Source of the DNA: Bacteroidales bacterium
GTDB taxonomy: Bacteria > Bacteroidota > Bacteroidia > Bacteroidales > F082
NCBI GenBank assembly: GCA_041582875.1
Contig: JBFHGX010000001.1
Location: 23,996-87,995, forward strand
Direction of reading: 5' to 3'
Length of the DNA stretch: 64,000 bases
This document shows positions 9,653 to 19,850 of the stretch, piece after piece; the stretch's first letter is position 1, and each line of letters opens with the position of its first letter. The position numbers and the translations under genes are program-made. Under the pieces are notes generated by a model that did no database searches, was not told the origin of the DNA, and was given only the letters and a program-made list of their open reading frames with translations.

Positions 9653-10795
9653 ATGGTAGATTTTTCCTTAGAACCCAAACAAATTGAAATTCAAGAAAAA
9701 GTAAGAGATTTTGCTGATCGCATGATGCGGCCCAATTCCAGAAAATATGATGAATTGGCTGAATTTCCGTGGGAAGTGGTGAAGCAAGCCTACAAAGAAG
9801 GTTTGATGAATGGCCCCATGGATGCAATATACGGGGGTAGCGGGCACAGCATTTTTGAAAGTGCATTGGTTTCTGAAGAATTTGGAGCAGGTTGCGTTGG
9901 GATTGGTATATGTATGGATGCCAATACATTGGCCCTTACCCCATTATACCTGGGAGCTACAGATGAACAAAAAAAGCGCTTTTTCGGTCAAATAATAGAA
10001 GAGCAAAGTGTTGCAGCCTATGCACTAACTGAACCAAATGCAGGATCAGACGTTGCAGGAATTAAAACACAAGCCATTCTGCATGGTGATAAATATATTC
10101 TTAACGGACATAAGCGTTATATTACAAACGGAAGCGTATCTTCCTTTATAACTGTTTTCGCTCTTACTGATCCTACCAAAGGAGCTAGGAGTCTGACAGC
10201 ATTTGTGGTGCCAACAAATTCTCCCGGAGTTGAAATTGTTTCCGATTTAAAAAAAATGGGACAACGTGCCTCGGTGCAAACGGAGTTTAAATTCCATGAT
10301 GTTGAAGTTCCTATAGGTAATCGTATTGGAGGTGAAGGTCATGGTTTTTTATTGGCCATGAAAACTTTTGAGCGCACGCGTACAGGTGTAGCTGCACTGA
10401 GTGTTGGAAATGCACGGGAAGCTTACGAAACCTCAAAAAATTGGGCTAAGAACCGCATTCAATTTGGAAAACCGATCACCGTAAATCAAGGAGTTAGTTT
10501 TATGATTGCCGACATGGCCACTGAAATTGAAGCTGCCCGATTATTGACATGGAATGCTGCTTGGGCTTACGATACAGGTCAAAAAACGGCCAATACCCTA
10601 TCTGCTATGGCTAAGTTATATGCATCGGATGTAGCCATGAAAGTGACGACAGATGCTGTTCAGGTAATGGCCGGGGAGGGATATTCTACAGATTTTCTTG
10701 TAGAGAAAATGATGCGTGATGCCAAACTTTGTCAAATTTATGAGGGAACCAATCAAATTCAACGCTTGGTAATTGGTAAAGGTGTACTCAAATAA
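9653..10795 (+). CDS. Acyl-CoA dehydrogenase (short/medium-chain type)
   Basis: YALTEPNAGSD, the three-domain ACAD length (380 aa), and the C-terminal catalytic region IYEGTNQIQRLVIGK. Confidence 0.9.
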   Translation: MVDFSLEPKQIEIQEKVRDFADRMMRPNSRKYDELAEFPWEVVKQAYKEGLMNGPMDAIYGGSGHSIFESALVSEEFGAGCVGIGICMDANTLALTPLYLGATDEQKKRFFGQIIEEQSVAAYALTEPNAGSDVAGIKTQAILHGDKYILNGHKRYITNGSVSSFITVFALTDPTKGARSLTAFVVPTNSPGVEIVSDLKKMGQRASVQTEFKFHDVEVPIGNRIGGEGHGFLLAMKTFERTRTGVAALSVGNAREAYETSKNWAKNRIQFGKPITVNQGVSFMIADMATEIEAARLLTWNAAWAYDTGQKTANTLSAMAKLYASDVAMKVTTDAVQVMAGEGYSTDFLVEKMMRDAKLCQIYEGTNQIQRLVIGKGVLK

Positions 10796-10814
10796 AATAC
10801 CCTATTTGATAACC

Positions 10815-10849
10815 AAATCCGGATGAAGTTTTCGTCCGGATTTTTTTTT
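10815..10849 (+). terminator. Rho-independent terminator after the acyl-CoA dehydrogenase
   Basis: 9-bp stem aaatccgga/tccggattt followed by a T-run. Confidence 0.8.
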
Positions 10850-10924
10850 ATTGATTCAATTCTTATGAAGTAAAGTTCATTTTTAGAATTGATGTGACTA
10901 TTAATTAAACTTGTTGTAGGATAA

Positions 10925-11692
10925 CTAATTGCGGATAATTACATGTGGATTATTGGGTAGTGCCTGATAAATGGTTTGTGCTTCCTTTCTGGAAATCCAA
11001 ATATAAAACGTGGGTTCATAATGATTAAACAATGATAACCCTATCTTATTGCATCGATTTTTTATAACATCGTTAAAATACGGATAACGAGTTGATGAAC
11101 TATCTGGTGGTAAACTAAAAACAATAAAGCTGATGTTGTTGTTGAGGGAAAATTGCCAGAAAAATGTTTCAGGATTGACTACGGTAGAATCAATTACCTG
11201 TCTGGCGCCATCTTTATTTACCTTTATTTTTTTAAATTGGCGCTTTTCAATATTGCTCTTACTCTGGATTATTCGCAACGGGTGACCAAATAATAAAGTA
11301 TATTCCTCACCTGATAGGTTTTGGAGAAAATTGTCGGGATAAATGGCTTGAATGTCTGCGTTGATTAATGATAGTCCTTTGAAATTTAAGTGAATAACAC
11401 TGTCAGTAAAATCTATTCCTAAACCCATTGAGTCAATTCCAGATATAAAAAGTTGATTTTCAATCCAAATTTTTTCTTTCCACATGGATTTTTGAATCTC
11501 ATGTTCCCATTCCACTGGTTGAAATGAAATATTTTGTGCCGAAGAATTGAATTCCTTGGCTTTGTTCAAGGCCGATTGATATCCAAGCGTGGTTTGCAAT
11601 ATTATAAATATCAGTATTGTAATAATGATATCAATCCCTGAAACAGCTGCTTTTCGATATCCAAATTTTACGAATAATTGTTCAGTTTTCAT
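10925..11692 (-). CDS. Hypothetical membrane-anchored protein (last gene of the L,D-transpeptidase operon)
   Basis: I prefer the start at Met14 (MKTEQLF..., nt 11692), 1 nt after the upstream stop. It has a single N-terminal TM helix (IDIIITILIFIILQTTL). No motif recognised. Confidence 0.5.
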   Translation of the reverse strand: MKTEQLFVKFGYRKAAVSGIDIIITILIFIILQTTLGYQSALNKAKEFNSSAQNISFQPVEWEHEIQKSMWKEKIWIENQLFISGIDSMGLGIDFTDSVIHLNFKGLSLINADIQAIYPDNFLQNLSGEEYTLLFGHPLRIIQSKSNIEKRQFKKIKVNKDGARQVIDSTVVNPETFFWQFSLNNNISFIVFSLPPDSSSTRYPYFNDVIKNRCNKIGLSLFNHYEPTFYIWISRKEAQTIYQALPNNPHVIIRN

Positions 11693-11693
11693 T

Positions 11694-12371
11694 TTAGTAG
11701 ATAAATACTTTCGCTCCAACAGGCAATTCATTGTATAGAAATTCTAAGTCAGCATCTCCCAATCGCACACATCCGTGAGTAACAGGCATTCCTAAAAAAC
11801 GTTGATAAAGTGTACCATGAATGAGATATCCATTACCCAGATTTAATGCATAATCGCCCAGAACTCCATATTCAAAACGCGAATCATGATTTGCCGGAGG
11901 GATAGGCAAACCTTCTTCAGCAAAAGCCCAATCGGGTTTTTTCCAAACAGGATCCACAATTTTGTTTTTAACCGTGAATACTCCTCGGGGAGTTTCAAAT
12001 TTATAGGTTTTGTTACCCTCTACTTCAAGTTTAATATTACTTCCTGTTGAACAGATGCCTTCATGGACCACTGCTCCATTTTTAATCATTTTAAAGGTGT
12101 TATCACTGGTATTGATCAATAGGTATTGTTTCCCCGGATTTAGTTTGTCGAGTTTTGCGGTTAACAATTTCACTTCCAAGGCCAATTGTTTTAGTTTAGC
12201 TTCATCACCGGGTATTTTATTTACCGATACATGATTCGAATTTGAAAATTGAAAGACCTGGTTCTGAACATAGGGTAAAACAACCAATTGAGATATGAAG
12301 TGTAGCATCAGACCCAGAAAAAACGCACCTGCTACAATTGTGAGATCAATTATGTTTGATTTGGTTTTCAT
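11694..12371 (-). CDS. L,D-transpeptidase (YkuD domain), membrane-anchored
   Basis: N-terminal TM helix. Catalytic signature HGTLYQRFLGMPVTHGCVRL. It overlaps the upstream gene by 4 nt. Confidence 0.85.
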   Translation of the reverse strand: MKTKSNIIDLTIVAGAFFLGLMLHFISQLVVLPYVQNQVFQFSNSNHVSVNKIPGDEAKLKQLALEVKLLTAKLDKLNPGKQYLLINTSDNTFKMIKNGAVVHEGICSTGSNIKLEVEGNKTYKFETPRGVFTVKNKIVDPVWKKPDWAFAEEGLPIPPANHDSRFEYGVLGDYALNLGNGYLIHGTLYQRFLGMPVTHGCVRLGDADLEFLYNELPVGAKVFIY

Positions 12372-13495
12372 CTTTGCACCTTCTTAAAATACGCCTCTAA
12401 TGGCTTGTCAGATCCAACAATAATAACGGGTGTTGAAACTTTGCAATAATCATATATTATATCCATGTCTTCGTTAGAAACTGCAATGCATCCATCTGTC
12501 CAATGAACACCTTTCCCGCCATGACCATGAATTTCAATTAAATTTCCGATTTTTGTGTTGGGAGGAATTGATCCATTGGATTTAAGGTTCTCAAAACGAG
12601 CCAGATCATCCTTGTTTGGGAAATTTATTAATAAGGATTTGTAAAACTTGGTTTCATTTCGACTTTTTTTTCTGGTAATTTGATAAACTCCCTCAGGAGT
12701 TGCTTTGTCGCCCATTTTCACTTTGTCACCAATCCAGTTTTTGCCAAATTCAGCTTTAAATGACGCCAATATTTTCCCTGATCTATATATAAAGCAAGTT
12801 GAAGCTAATTTATTGATATACACAACCGTTTTACCTTTCTTTGATAGTTCGAGTGCCAATTGTGTATTTTTCTGCCAAATACCATAATCCTTAAAGTAAA
12901 GCCTTAAAAATTGTTCTGCATCATCAGAGGCTTTTGAGACTAACTTCGCTGAAGCATGAGCCAGTTGAGTTGCGATATAGATGGAGCCTTGATTTTGGGC
13001 CTCCAATGCCTCATTGTATTTCAATCGACCCTCACTGAATGTTTTGAATGTAGATTTATCTAGTGGAAGCTTCCAAAAGATGATTTCAAAGGTATCTAGT
13101 TGATCCTTGATAATCAACAGCAATGTACTCAAATTACCATCCACGGCAGCTTTTTCAACTTGTGCATCATCAATGGCCATACTACAAATTGAATCCGATT
13201 GCAGCGCCCAAATTCTAACTTGAGAATAATCTCGCAATACGAACCATTTTTCGTTTTGTACTTTCCATTCCGACATGGTCTGTTTGAATAACTGCTCAGC
13301 TTCGGAGTACTTCTCATTCGCATACTGATCTGCTTGCTCATTTTTGGCAACAGACAAACGCTTGAGGGCGATTTGAATTTCAACTTCAGGAGCTCGATTA
13401 GATATATAACTATAGGTTAAATATCCAACCAACAATAAAATCAACAGACTTATAAACAGCACGATCTGTCTTAATTGTTTACGATTCTTGTTCAT
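12368..13495 (-). CDS. L,D-transpeptidase-fold protein (YafK/ErfK-like) with N-terminal TM anchor and helical domain
   Basis: C-terminal IEIHGHGGKGVHWTDGCIAVSNEDMD (His...Gly-Cys catalytic motif). The helical N-domain (YANEKYSEAEQLFKQ) resembles DUF4398-type repeats. Confidence 0.7.
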   Translation of the reverse strand: MNKNRKQLRQIVLFISLLILLLVGYLTYSYISNRAPEVEIQIALKRLSVAKNEQADQYANEKYSEAEQLFKQTMSEWKVQNEKWFVLRDYSQVRIWALQSDSICSMAIDDAQVEKAAVDGNLSTLLLIIKDQLDTFEIIFWKLPLDKSTFKTFSEGRLKYNEALEAQNQGSIYIATQLAHASAKLVSKASDDAEQFLRLYFKDYGIWQKNTQLALELSKKGKTVVYINKLASTCFIYRSGKILASFKAEFGKNWIGDKVKMGDKATPEGVYQITRKKSRNETKFYKSLLINFPNKDDLARFENLKSNGSIPPNTKIGNLIEIHGHGGKGVHWTDGCIAVSNEDMDIIYDYCKVSTPVIIVGSDKPLEAYFKKVQR

Positions 13496-13523
13496 AAAAA
13501 AAATGCCGGGATAAATCCCGGCA
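13493..13523 (-). terminator. Rho-independent terminator after the lipoprotein gene, abutting the next start codon
   Basis: On the minus strand the hairpin tgccggga-ttta-tcccggca is followed by T8. The T-run runs directly into the ATG at 13495. Confidence 0.75.
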
Positions 13524-13542
13524 CACGGATTAAATCCAAAAA

Positions 13543-14139
13543 TTACTTCTTTTTCTTATTGTATTTTTCGACCACAGTTTTCAACTCCAAATTGATTTTG
13601 GTAGCTTTGTCCAGGGTAGCTTTAGCCTTGGTTTGAGCAGGAATCAAACTCCCTTGTTCAATTAGTTGTCCAATCTCAAGAGTAGAACCATCAATAACTG
13701 ACAATTCACTTTTAATAGCTTCAATGACAGCTTTCCCTTCCTTGCCTTTTGGGGCATTACTAACCAAAACACCATTTTCAGATGCTAAGCCATTAAGGCT
13801 GGCTACTATATCCAGAACTTCTTGTTTAATGGACTCCTTTTTGGCTTCCGTTTTGCTTACCAGCGCATTGGCTTCAGATTCTACAGCCGACAATTTTAAT
13901 TTTACTTCAGTAAAATTTTTAAAGAAATGTCCGTTAATCGACTCTATTTGTGCATTTATCGAATTCATTGAATCCACCAGGGCAGCATATTCAGGAGCCA
14001 AGTAAACATTTGCTTGTGATAAATTCGCCTTTTCAATGGCCGCTTTTGCTGAATCCAGCTCCACTTGAGGTAATTTAGCGCATCCCCCAACTATCAATGC
14101 AAAGACTACTGCAGCAATCGCAAAAAAAACTTTTTTCAT
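13543..14139 (-). CDS. Helical lipoprotein (DUF4398-like)
   Basis: Lipobox LIVGGC. Ala/Lys/Glu-rich predicted helices with AKAAIEKA...YLAPEYAALVDS resembling DUF4398. Confidence 0.5.
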   Translation of the reverse strand: MKKVFFAIAAVVFALIVGGCAKLPQVELDSAKAAIEKANLSQANVYLAPEYAALVDSMNSINAQIESINGHFFKNFTEVKLKLSAVESEANALVSKTEAKKESIKQEVLDIVASLNGLASENGVLVSNAPKGKEGKAVIEAIKSELSVIDGSTLEIGQLIEQGSLIPAQTKAKATLDKATKINLELKTVVEKYNKKKK

Positions 14140-14173
14140 ACTTTTAATTACTTACTTTTTTAAACATTAGTTC

Positions 14174-14189
14174 TATCGCACATGCGATA
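14174..14189. promoter_or_regulatory. Perfect 7-2-7 inverted repeat TATCGCA-CA-TGCGATA in a divergent promoter region
   Basis: Read directly from the sequence. It lies between the lipoprotein start (14139, minus) and the ECF sigma start (14298, plus). Confidence 0.35.
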
Positions 14190-14297
14190 ATTTTCCATAT
14201 TGAGACGCAGAGTTAGTCCGAGGTAACATGTGATGATAAAAAAAAGTTTATTTTTACATAAAGATTGGTCTAACTAAAATTCATATCTTATATTAAA

Positions 14298-14852
14298 ATG
14301 ATATACAGTCGTTTAACTGATAAAGAACTCGTCGACATAATTGTTGTTAATGGAGAATCACGTGCCTACGAAGTAATATATCAGCGATATTTTAATAAGG
14401 TTCAGGATAGATCTTACAGTTTCCTACGCAATAAGAACGTGGCCTCCGATTTTGCCAATGAAATTATGGGAAAAGTGTATGAAAAGTTGCCTGGGTTTAA
14501 GGGCAACTCATCATTTTCTTCATGGCTTTATGCCATTACTTACAATCACCTTATCGACTTTCTGCGAAAAAAGAAACACTCACATTATCCTAGTTGGAAC
14601 GAAAGCAATGAAATTCCGGAAATTATTGACGAATCAGATGCTGAAATTGAATTGTTAAGTTATGAAAAGTTGCTAGTTATCCTCGAACGCGTTCATCCGG
14701 AAGAAAAGGCGCTATTGTTAATGAAATATCAGGATGAACTAACATTAAAGCATATTTCTGGTATTTTGGCAATAAGTGAGGATGCTGTAAAAATGCGGCT
14801 GAAGCGGGCGCGTTCAAGGGTTATTTACCTCTATCATCACACCAATAGTTAA
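14298..14852 (+). CDS. RNA polymerase ECF-type sigma-70 factor
   Basis: Region 2 (SWLYAITYNHLIDFLRKKK) and region 4 HTH (LTLKHISGILAISEDAVKMRLKRAR). Length 184 aa. Confidence 0.85.
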   Translation: MIYSRLTDKELVDIIVVNGESRAYEVIYQRYFNKVQDRSYSFLRNKNVASDFANEIMGKVYEKLPGFKGNSSFSSWLYAITYNHLIDFLRKKKHSHYPSWNESNEIPEIIDESDAEIELLSYEKLLVILERVHPEEKALLLMKYQDELTLKHISGILAISEDAVKMRLKRARSRVIYLYHHTNS

Positions 14853-14917
14853 AGATTTTGCTTCTGCTGTTACCTGATATAAGTTTTTCGTCAAAATAGG
14901 GTTCAACCCAAAAGTCT

Positions 14918-15307
14918 ATGATATCAAATTTTTTAAATTCAAATAAAACTGAGGTTCCGGCACAACTTCATTCGTTGCTTTTGGAGCAATTTCCTCAAGC
15001 CATTAATATTGATTGGATTAAAGTCGGAGATTATCTGGAAGCGGTTTTTTATGTTGATTCGAGTGAATATATTGCCAAATTTGATTCTGTCGGTCATTTG
15101 GAAAACTACAAGGTCAATCTACTTATGGATGCAGTACCCCATTATATTAAATCAACTGCTGAGGATTATGGTGAAATAATGAGTACAATATGTATTTATA
15201 GTGATCAAAATAAAGGTTTTGAGGTAGTCATCCGAAAGCCGGATCTATCGCGAGAGGTATTGCTAATGGATGCGCATGGAAAAATCACGGAAGTTAGAAA
15301 AGTATGA
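14918..15307 (+). CDS. Hypothetical protein, possibly PepSY-like (DUF2874-like)
   Basis: The pattern LP..L...L...FP.A.I..... followed by beta-strand repeats resembles PepSY-like domains. No TM segment. Confidence 0.35.
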   Translation: MISNFLNSNKTEVPAQLHSLLLEQFPQAINIDWIKVGDYLEAVFYVDSSEYIAKFDSVGHLENYKVNLLMDAVPHYIKSTAEDYGEIMSTICIYSDQNKGFEVVIRKPDLSREVLLMDAHGKITEVRKV

Positions 15308-15318
15308 AAATGATCTAT

Positions 15319-15347
15319 AAAAAAACCCGCCATTGGCGGGTTTTTTT
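15319..15347. terminator. Bidirectional rho-independent terminator
   Basis: aaaaaaa-cccgcc-att-ggcggg-ttttttt between convergent genes. Confidence 0.85.
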
Positions 15348-15362
15348 ATAGATCAAATCCAA

Positions 15363-17141
15363 TTAGAATTTGTAAATTCCGTCGTCTATCAATTGATCAG
15401 CAATCCTTCTACGCGATTCTTTCACATTGAACGCTGGAGCATAGGTCAGTTTATTTAATACAGAAGTGTATTTTTCCAGCTGTTCGCCTTCTGAGATTGA
15501 GCCAATGGCATCAAAGGCTACCTGATGCACTTTCTGTACTGTTGAATGCGTAAGTACATCCAGAATATCTTGGTACAAAAACAGGTTTTCCTTGTTCATC
15601 GATTCCAGTTTTTCAACACGCAATGCTGTGGATTCCAATACGTAAACAAGCATAATGGCATCAGCAATGTTCATTAAAATTTCCTCTTCGAACATCAACT
15701 TGCGTTGGAAAGTGTCCTGTGCCAGAGGGAGTAACATGAGCACAACTTTTTTCAAATGGTTGGTTTGTGCTTTTTTTACTGAATAGTAATCTCCTGTGAA
15801 ATCAACACAGGTAAGATTATCCATGTTAGCAATGAGTTCTCTTGCTTGCTCAAACAACTCAATATTGTGTTTCAATCCTTTTTTCATCACGGAATCGACT
15901 GTAATCATTCGATTGATTTCGTTGGTTCCTTCAAAAATTCTGTTGATGCGGCTGTCGCGATAGGAACGGTCGGCAGGAGCTTCCGAAGAAAACCCCATTC
16001 CACCAAAAATCTGAACCATTTCGTCAACGATATAATCAAGTGATTCAGAACCATATACCTTAAGTAATGCACATTCAGGTTCATATTCTGCTACTCCGCC
16101 AATATTGGCTTCTCCATAAGATTTACCTTGTTCGAGCAAACTCTCGATGGTGTCTTGAACATCTTTACTCGCTCTGTAAATAGCAGATTCCGTAGAGAAC
16201 ATTTTCACAACCTGCTCGGCCATTTTGTGCTTGATAGCACCAAAAGCAGATAAGAATGAACCAAACTGCTTTCTTTCGTTGGAATAATTCACCGAATTAT
16301 TAATGGCTCTGCGCATTCCACCTAAAACAGTTGCGCCCAATTTAATGCGCCCAATGTGCAGAATGTTGAGTGCAATTCTGAATCCTTCACCTCTTTTTCC
16401 AAGCAAATTTTCTACAGGAACCTTTACATCATTGAAGAAAATCTGACGGGTAGACGATCCTTTAATGCCCATCTTGTGTTCCTCTGGATTCATGGTGATG
16501 CCAAGTGTTTTGGCTTCAACGAGGAATGCACTTAAAACGCGATCATTGTCAATTTTGGCAAATACAGTAAGCAAATCAGCAAATCCTCCATTTGTGATCC
16601 ACATTTTTTGTCCGTTAAGAACATAATGGGAACCGTCTTCGGTAAGAACAGCTTTGGTTTTTCCGGCATTGGCATCGCTACCAGCACCGGGTTCTGTCAG
16701 GCAATAGGCTGCCAACATCTCGCCCGAAGCCAGTTGAGGCATGTATTTTTGGTGTTGTTCTTTTGTACCATAATAGAGTAGGGGAAGGGTGCCGATTCCG
16801 GTATGAGCCATAAAGGCTACAGAAAAGGAGTAGGCTGAGCCAATGGCCTCGTTGGCTTTCATATTGGTAAGAAACGATTGTCCAAATCCATCATATTCCT
16901 CAGGAACACTAATACCAAGTAGTCCTAATTCGCCAGCCTTTTTCAATAACGAAGGCATTAAACCTTCCTGATGATTATCCAATGCATCAAAATGAGGGGC
17001 GACTTCTGTTTCAACAAAATCAACACATGTTTCGGCAATCATGCGTTGTTCTTCATCAAACTCTTCCGGTATAAAAATTTGGTCTGGAGTAACTTCTTTT
17101 AACAGGAACTCTCCACCAACAATGGCAGCTTTTGTATCCAT
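15363..17141 (-). CDS. Long-type acyl-CoA dehydrogenase (about 590 aa)
   Basis: YCLTEPGAGSD and IFEGTNEINRM plus a C-terminal helical extension. I moved the start to MDTKAAIV (17141), because the longer ORF would run through the clpC terminator and a CAAAgaTA box at 17171. Confidence 0.9.
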   Translation of the reverse strand: MDTKAAIVGGEFLLKEVTPDQIFIPEEFDEEQRMIAETCVDFVETEVAPHFDALDNHQEGLMPSLLKKAGELGLLGISVPEEYDGFGQSFLTNMKANEAIGSAYSFSVAFMAHTGIGTLPLLYYGTKEQHQKYMPQLASGEMLAAYCLTEPGAGSDANAGKTKAVLTEDGSHYVLNGQKMWITNGGFADLLTVFAKIDNDRVLSAFLVEAKTLGITMNPEEHKMGIKGSSTRQIFFNDVKVPVENLLGKRGEGFRIALNILHIGRIKLGATVLGGMRRAINNSVNYSNERKQFGSFLSAFGAIKHKMAEQVVKMFSTESAIYRASKDVQDTIESLLEQGKSYGEANIGGVAEYEPECALLKVYGSESLDYIVDEMVQIFGGMGFSSEAPADRSYRDSRINRIFEGTNEINRMITVDSVMKKGLKHNIELFEQARELIANMDNLTCVDFTGDYYSVKKAQTNHLKKVVLMLLPLAQDTFQRKLMFEEEILMNIADAIMLVYVLESTALRVEKLESMNKENLFLYQDILDVLTHSTVQKVHQVAFDAIGSISEGEQLEKYTSVLNKLTYAPAFNVKESRRRIADQLIDDGIYKF

Positions 17142-17170
17142 TATTAACAGTTTAATTAGTAAATTGGACG

Positions 17171-17178
17171 CAAAGATA
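17171..17178 (-). promoter_or_regulatory. Candidate Bacteroidota -7 promoter box (TAtcTTTG on the minus strand)
   Basis: Matches TAnnTTTG, about 30 nt upstream of the 17141 start. Confidence 0.4.
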
Positions 17179-17232
17179 AAATTTGCATCAAAACAGCGTT
17201 GGGTTTGCTGCTTATTTAGATTCTGTAAAAAC

Positions 17233-17260
17233 ATAAAAATCCGCCATAAGCGGATTTTTG
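17233..17260 (-). terminator. Rho-independent terminator after clpC
   Basis: Hairpin atccgc-ttatg-gcggat followed by a T-run on the minus strand. Confidence 0.8.
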
Positions 17261-17281
17261 TCATCAGTGCGTTGAAGATAC

Positions 17282-19828
17282 TTATTCCTTTGGAATAATT
17301 TTCTTAGGTGCAGCTAAAACAATTTTTATTTCATCCTTCTTACCATCATAGTTTACTTTGATGTGGGTTCCTTCAGAAAGGTTGGTTTTAATAATTTCCT
17401 CAGCAAGCTGGTCTTCAATGTATTTCTGAATGGCTCGCTTAAGCGGACGAGCGCCGAATTGTTCATCCCACCCTTTATCAATAAGAAAATCTTTGGCTTT
17501 GGGACTTACTGTAATCTTATATCCCATTTGGATAATCCGATTGATCATGTGTGACAATTCAATGTCGATGATCTTATGGATTTCAGCACGTTGCAGCGAA
17601 TCAAACACAACAACATCGTCAATACGATTGAGGAATTCAGGTGCAAAGGCACGTTTAAGTGCATTTTCAATTACACCCTGACTATGTGTGGCTTTAGCTG
17701 CCACTTTGGCTTGTGTTGCAAATCCAACACCTTGTCCAAAATCTTTCAACTGACGCGAACCAATGTTTGAGGTCATAATGATGATGGTATTTTTAAAATC
17801 AACCCTACGCCCCAAGCCATCAGTTAACTGACCATCATCCAGTACCTGCAATAATAAGTGGAAAATATCCGGATGTGCTTTTTCAATTTCATCGAGCAGT
17901 ACAATGGAGTAAGGCTTTCTTCTTACTTTTTCAGTCAATTGCCCACCTTCTTCATAACCAACATATCCGGGAGGCGCTCCAACCAATCTACTAACAGCAA
18001 ATTTTTCCATGTACTCACTCATGTCCACACGAATCAAAGCGTCTTCACTGTCGAACAGGAATTTAGCCAACATTTTGGCTAGATAGGTTTTACCAACTCC
18101 GGTGGGACCTAAAAACACAAATGATCCAATGGGTTTGTTGGGATCTTTTAATCCGGCACGGTTTCTTCGAATAGCTTTTACTACCTTCTCGATGGCCTGA
18201 CTTTGTCCAATAACCTGTTTATTAAGTTCTTCGGCCATATTTATGAGTCGGAGGCTTTCCTTTTGCGCAATATTTTGAACCGGAATACCTGTCATCATGG
18301 CGACTACTTCGGCAACATTTTCACCAGTAACCTCTTCTCGGTGGATGTTCGATTCATCTTCCCACTTTTTCTTTGCTTTTGCCAGTTCTGCAACATAACG
18401 CCGCTCAATGTCGCGAAACTGAGCAGCCTCTTCAAATTTTTGACTTTTAATAGCTGCAGTTTTACTCTTTTTTATTTCTTCAATGGCGTTCTCAAGGTTG
18501 ATAATTTCGCCCGGAACATGAATGTTGGTAATATGAACCCTTGCACCGGCTTCGTCTAAAGCATCAATGGCCTTGTCAGGTAAAAAACGATCGCTAATGT
18601 ATCTGTTGGTGAGTGTAACGCAGGATTTAATGGCTTCGTCACTGTATTTCACCAAATGGTGATCCTCGTATTTCTCCTTAATATTATTCAGGATTTCAAT
18701 GGTTTCTTCCGCTGAGGTAGCTTCCACCAAAACCTTTTGAAATCTGCGTTCCAGCGCACCATCCTTTTCAATATGCTGACGGTATTCGTCGAGCGTAGTG
18801 GCTCCAATGCATTGTAGTTCGCCGCGAGCTAAAGCCGGTTTAAACATATTGGAGGCATCCAGCGCACCTGAAGCGTTTCCTGCTCCTACAATCGTGTGGA
18901 TTTCATCAATAAACAGAATAATATCAGGATTCTTGGTAAGCTCATTGAGCACCGCTTTCATTCGTTCCTCAAATTGTCCGCGGTACTTTGTACCCGCAAC
19001 AATTGAGGCCAAATCGAGTGTTATAATCCGTTTATTGAAAAGAGCTCTGGATACTTTTCGTTGAATGATGCGTAAGGCCAGACCTTCAGCAATGGCTGAC
19101 TTACCTACACCGGGTTCTCCTATAAGAATGGGGTTGTTTTTTTTGCGCCGACTTAAAATTTGAGCAATCCGTTGAAGTTCATCTTCCCGCCCAACGATAG
19201 GGTCAAGTTTACCCTCTTCGGCATAACGTGTTAAATCACGACCAAAGTTGTCGAGTACAGGAGTCTTTGATTTAGGGGCACCGGTTTTTTTCTCGCTACT
19301 GCCAAACGGCCGTCCCATTTCTTCCTGTGGATCATCCATGTCATCTTGTAATTCGGCCCTTGGTTCAATGGTAGGAGGAATGTCCTTTTGTTCTTTAACA
19401 ATGGAGGTTAATTCATCTTTTACCGCTTTGTAATTCACACCATCTTTGCCTAGTTTACTTGTTACCAGATTGTTTTCATCTTTTAAGATGGCAAGTAACA
19501 GGTGTTCAGTTCCAATTAAATCTGCGTGAAAAACCTTGGCTTCTAAATAGGTGATCTTGAGGGCTTTTTCCACCTGTTTTACCAAGGGAATATTTTCAAT
19601 ATTAACTGACTGAGAAACAGGATTTTTTATCGCCACCTCAAGCTCTTGTTTACATTTATCCAAATTTACGCCAAAAAAATTCAGCAGTTGTACTGCCATT
19701 CCTTCACCGTCACGAATAATTCCGAGTAACAAATGCTCCAGACCGATATAATTATTTCCCAATCTCACAGCTTCTTCACGACTGAATGCCAGAACATCTT
19801 TAACCCGTTGAGAAAATTTTGCTTCCAT
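17282..19828 (-). CDS. clpC: ATP-dependent Clp protease ATP-binding subunit ClpC
   Basis: Double Clp_N repeat. Two AAA+ modules ([22 protein letters not shown]). UVR-type linker [10 protein letters not shown]. Length 848 aa. Confidence 0.9.
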   Translation of the reverse strand: MEAKFSQRVKDVLAFSREEAVRLGNNYIGLEHLLLGIIRDGEGMAVQLLNFFGVNLDKCKQELEVAIKNPVSQSVNIENIPLVKQVEKALKITYLEAKVFHADLIGTEHLLLAILKDENNLVTSKLGKDGVNYKAVKDELTSIVKEQKDIPPTIEPRAELQDDMDDPQEEMGRPFGSSEKKTGAPKSKTPVLDNFGRDLTRYAEEGKLDPIVGREDELQRIAQILSRRKKNNPILIGEPGVGKSAIAEGLALRIIQRKVSRALFNKRIITLDLASIVAGTKYRGQFEERMKAVLNELTKNPDIILFIDEIHTIVGAGNASGALDASNMFKPALARGELQCIGATTLDEYRQHIEKDGALERRFQKVLVEATSAEETIEILNNIKEKYEDHHLVKYSDEAIKSCVTLTNRYISDRFLPDKAIDALDEAGARVHITNIHVPGEIINLENAIEEIKKSKTAAIKSQKFEEAAQFRDIERRYVAELAKAKKKWEDESNIHREEVTGENVAEVVAMMTGIPVQNIAQKESLRLINMAEELNKQVIGQSQAIEKVVKAIRRNRAGLKDPNKPIGSFVFLGPTGVGKTYLAKMLAKFLFDSEDALIRVDMSEYMEKFAVSRLVGAPPGYVGYEEGGQLTEKVRRKPYSIVLLDEIEKAHPDIFHLLLQVLDDGQLTDGLGRRVDFKNTIIIMTSNIGSRQLKDFGQGVGFATQAKVAAKATHSQGVIENALKRAFAPEFLNRIDDVVVFDSLQRAEIHKIIDIELSHMINRIIQMGYKITVSPKAKDFLIDKGWDEQFGARPLKRAIQKYIEDQLAEEIIKTNLSEGTHIKVNYDGKKDEIKIVLAAPKKIIPKE

Positions 19829-19850
19829 ATAATTATCTTTTTTCAGGTGA

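Noticed and set aside
17142-17264. 41-codon N-terminal extension of the long acyl-CoA dehydrogenase ORF
   Set aside because: The extension would be translated through the clpC terminator hairpin and a promoter-like box. The homologous ACAD sequence begins at the internal Met (17141).
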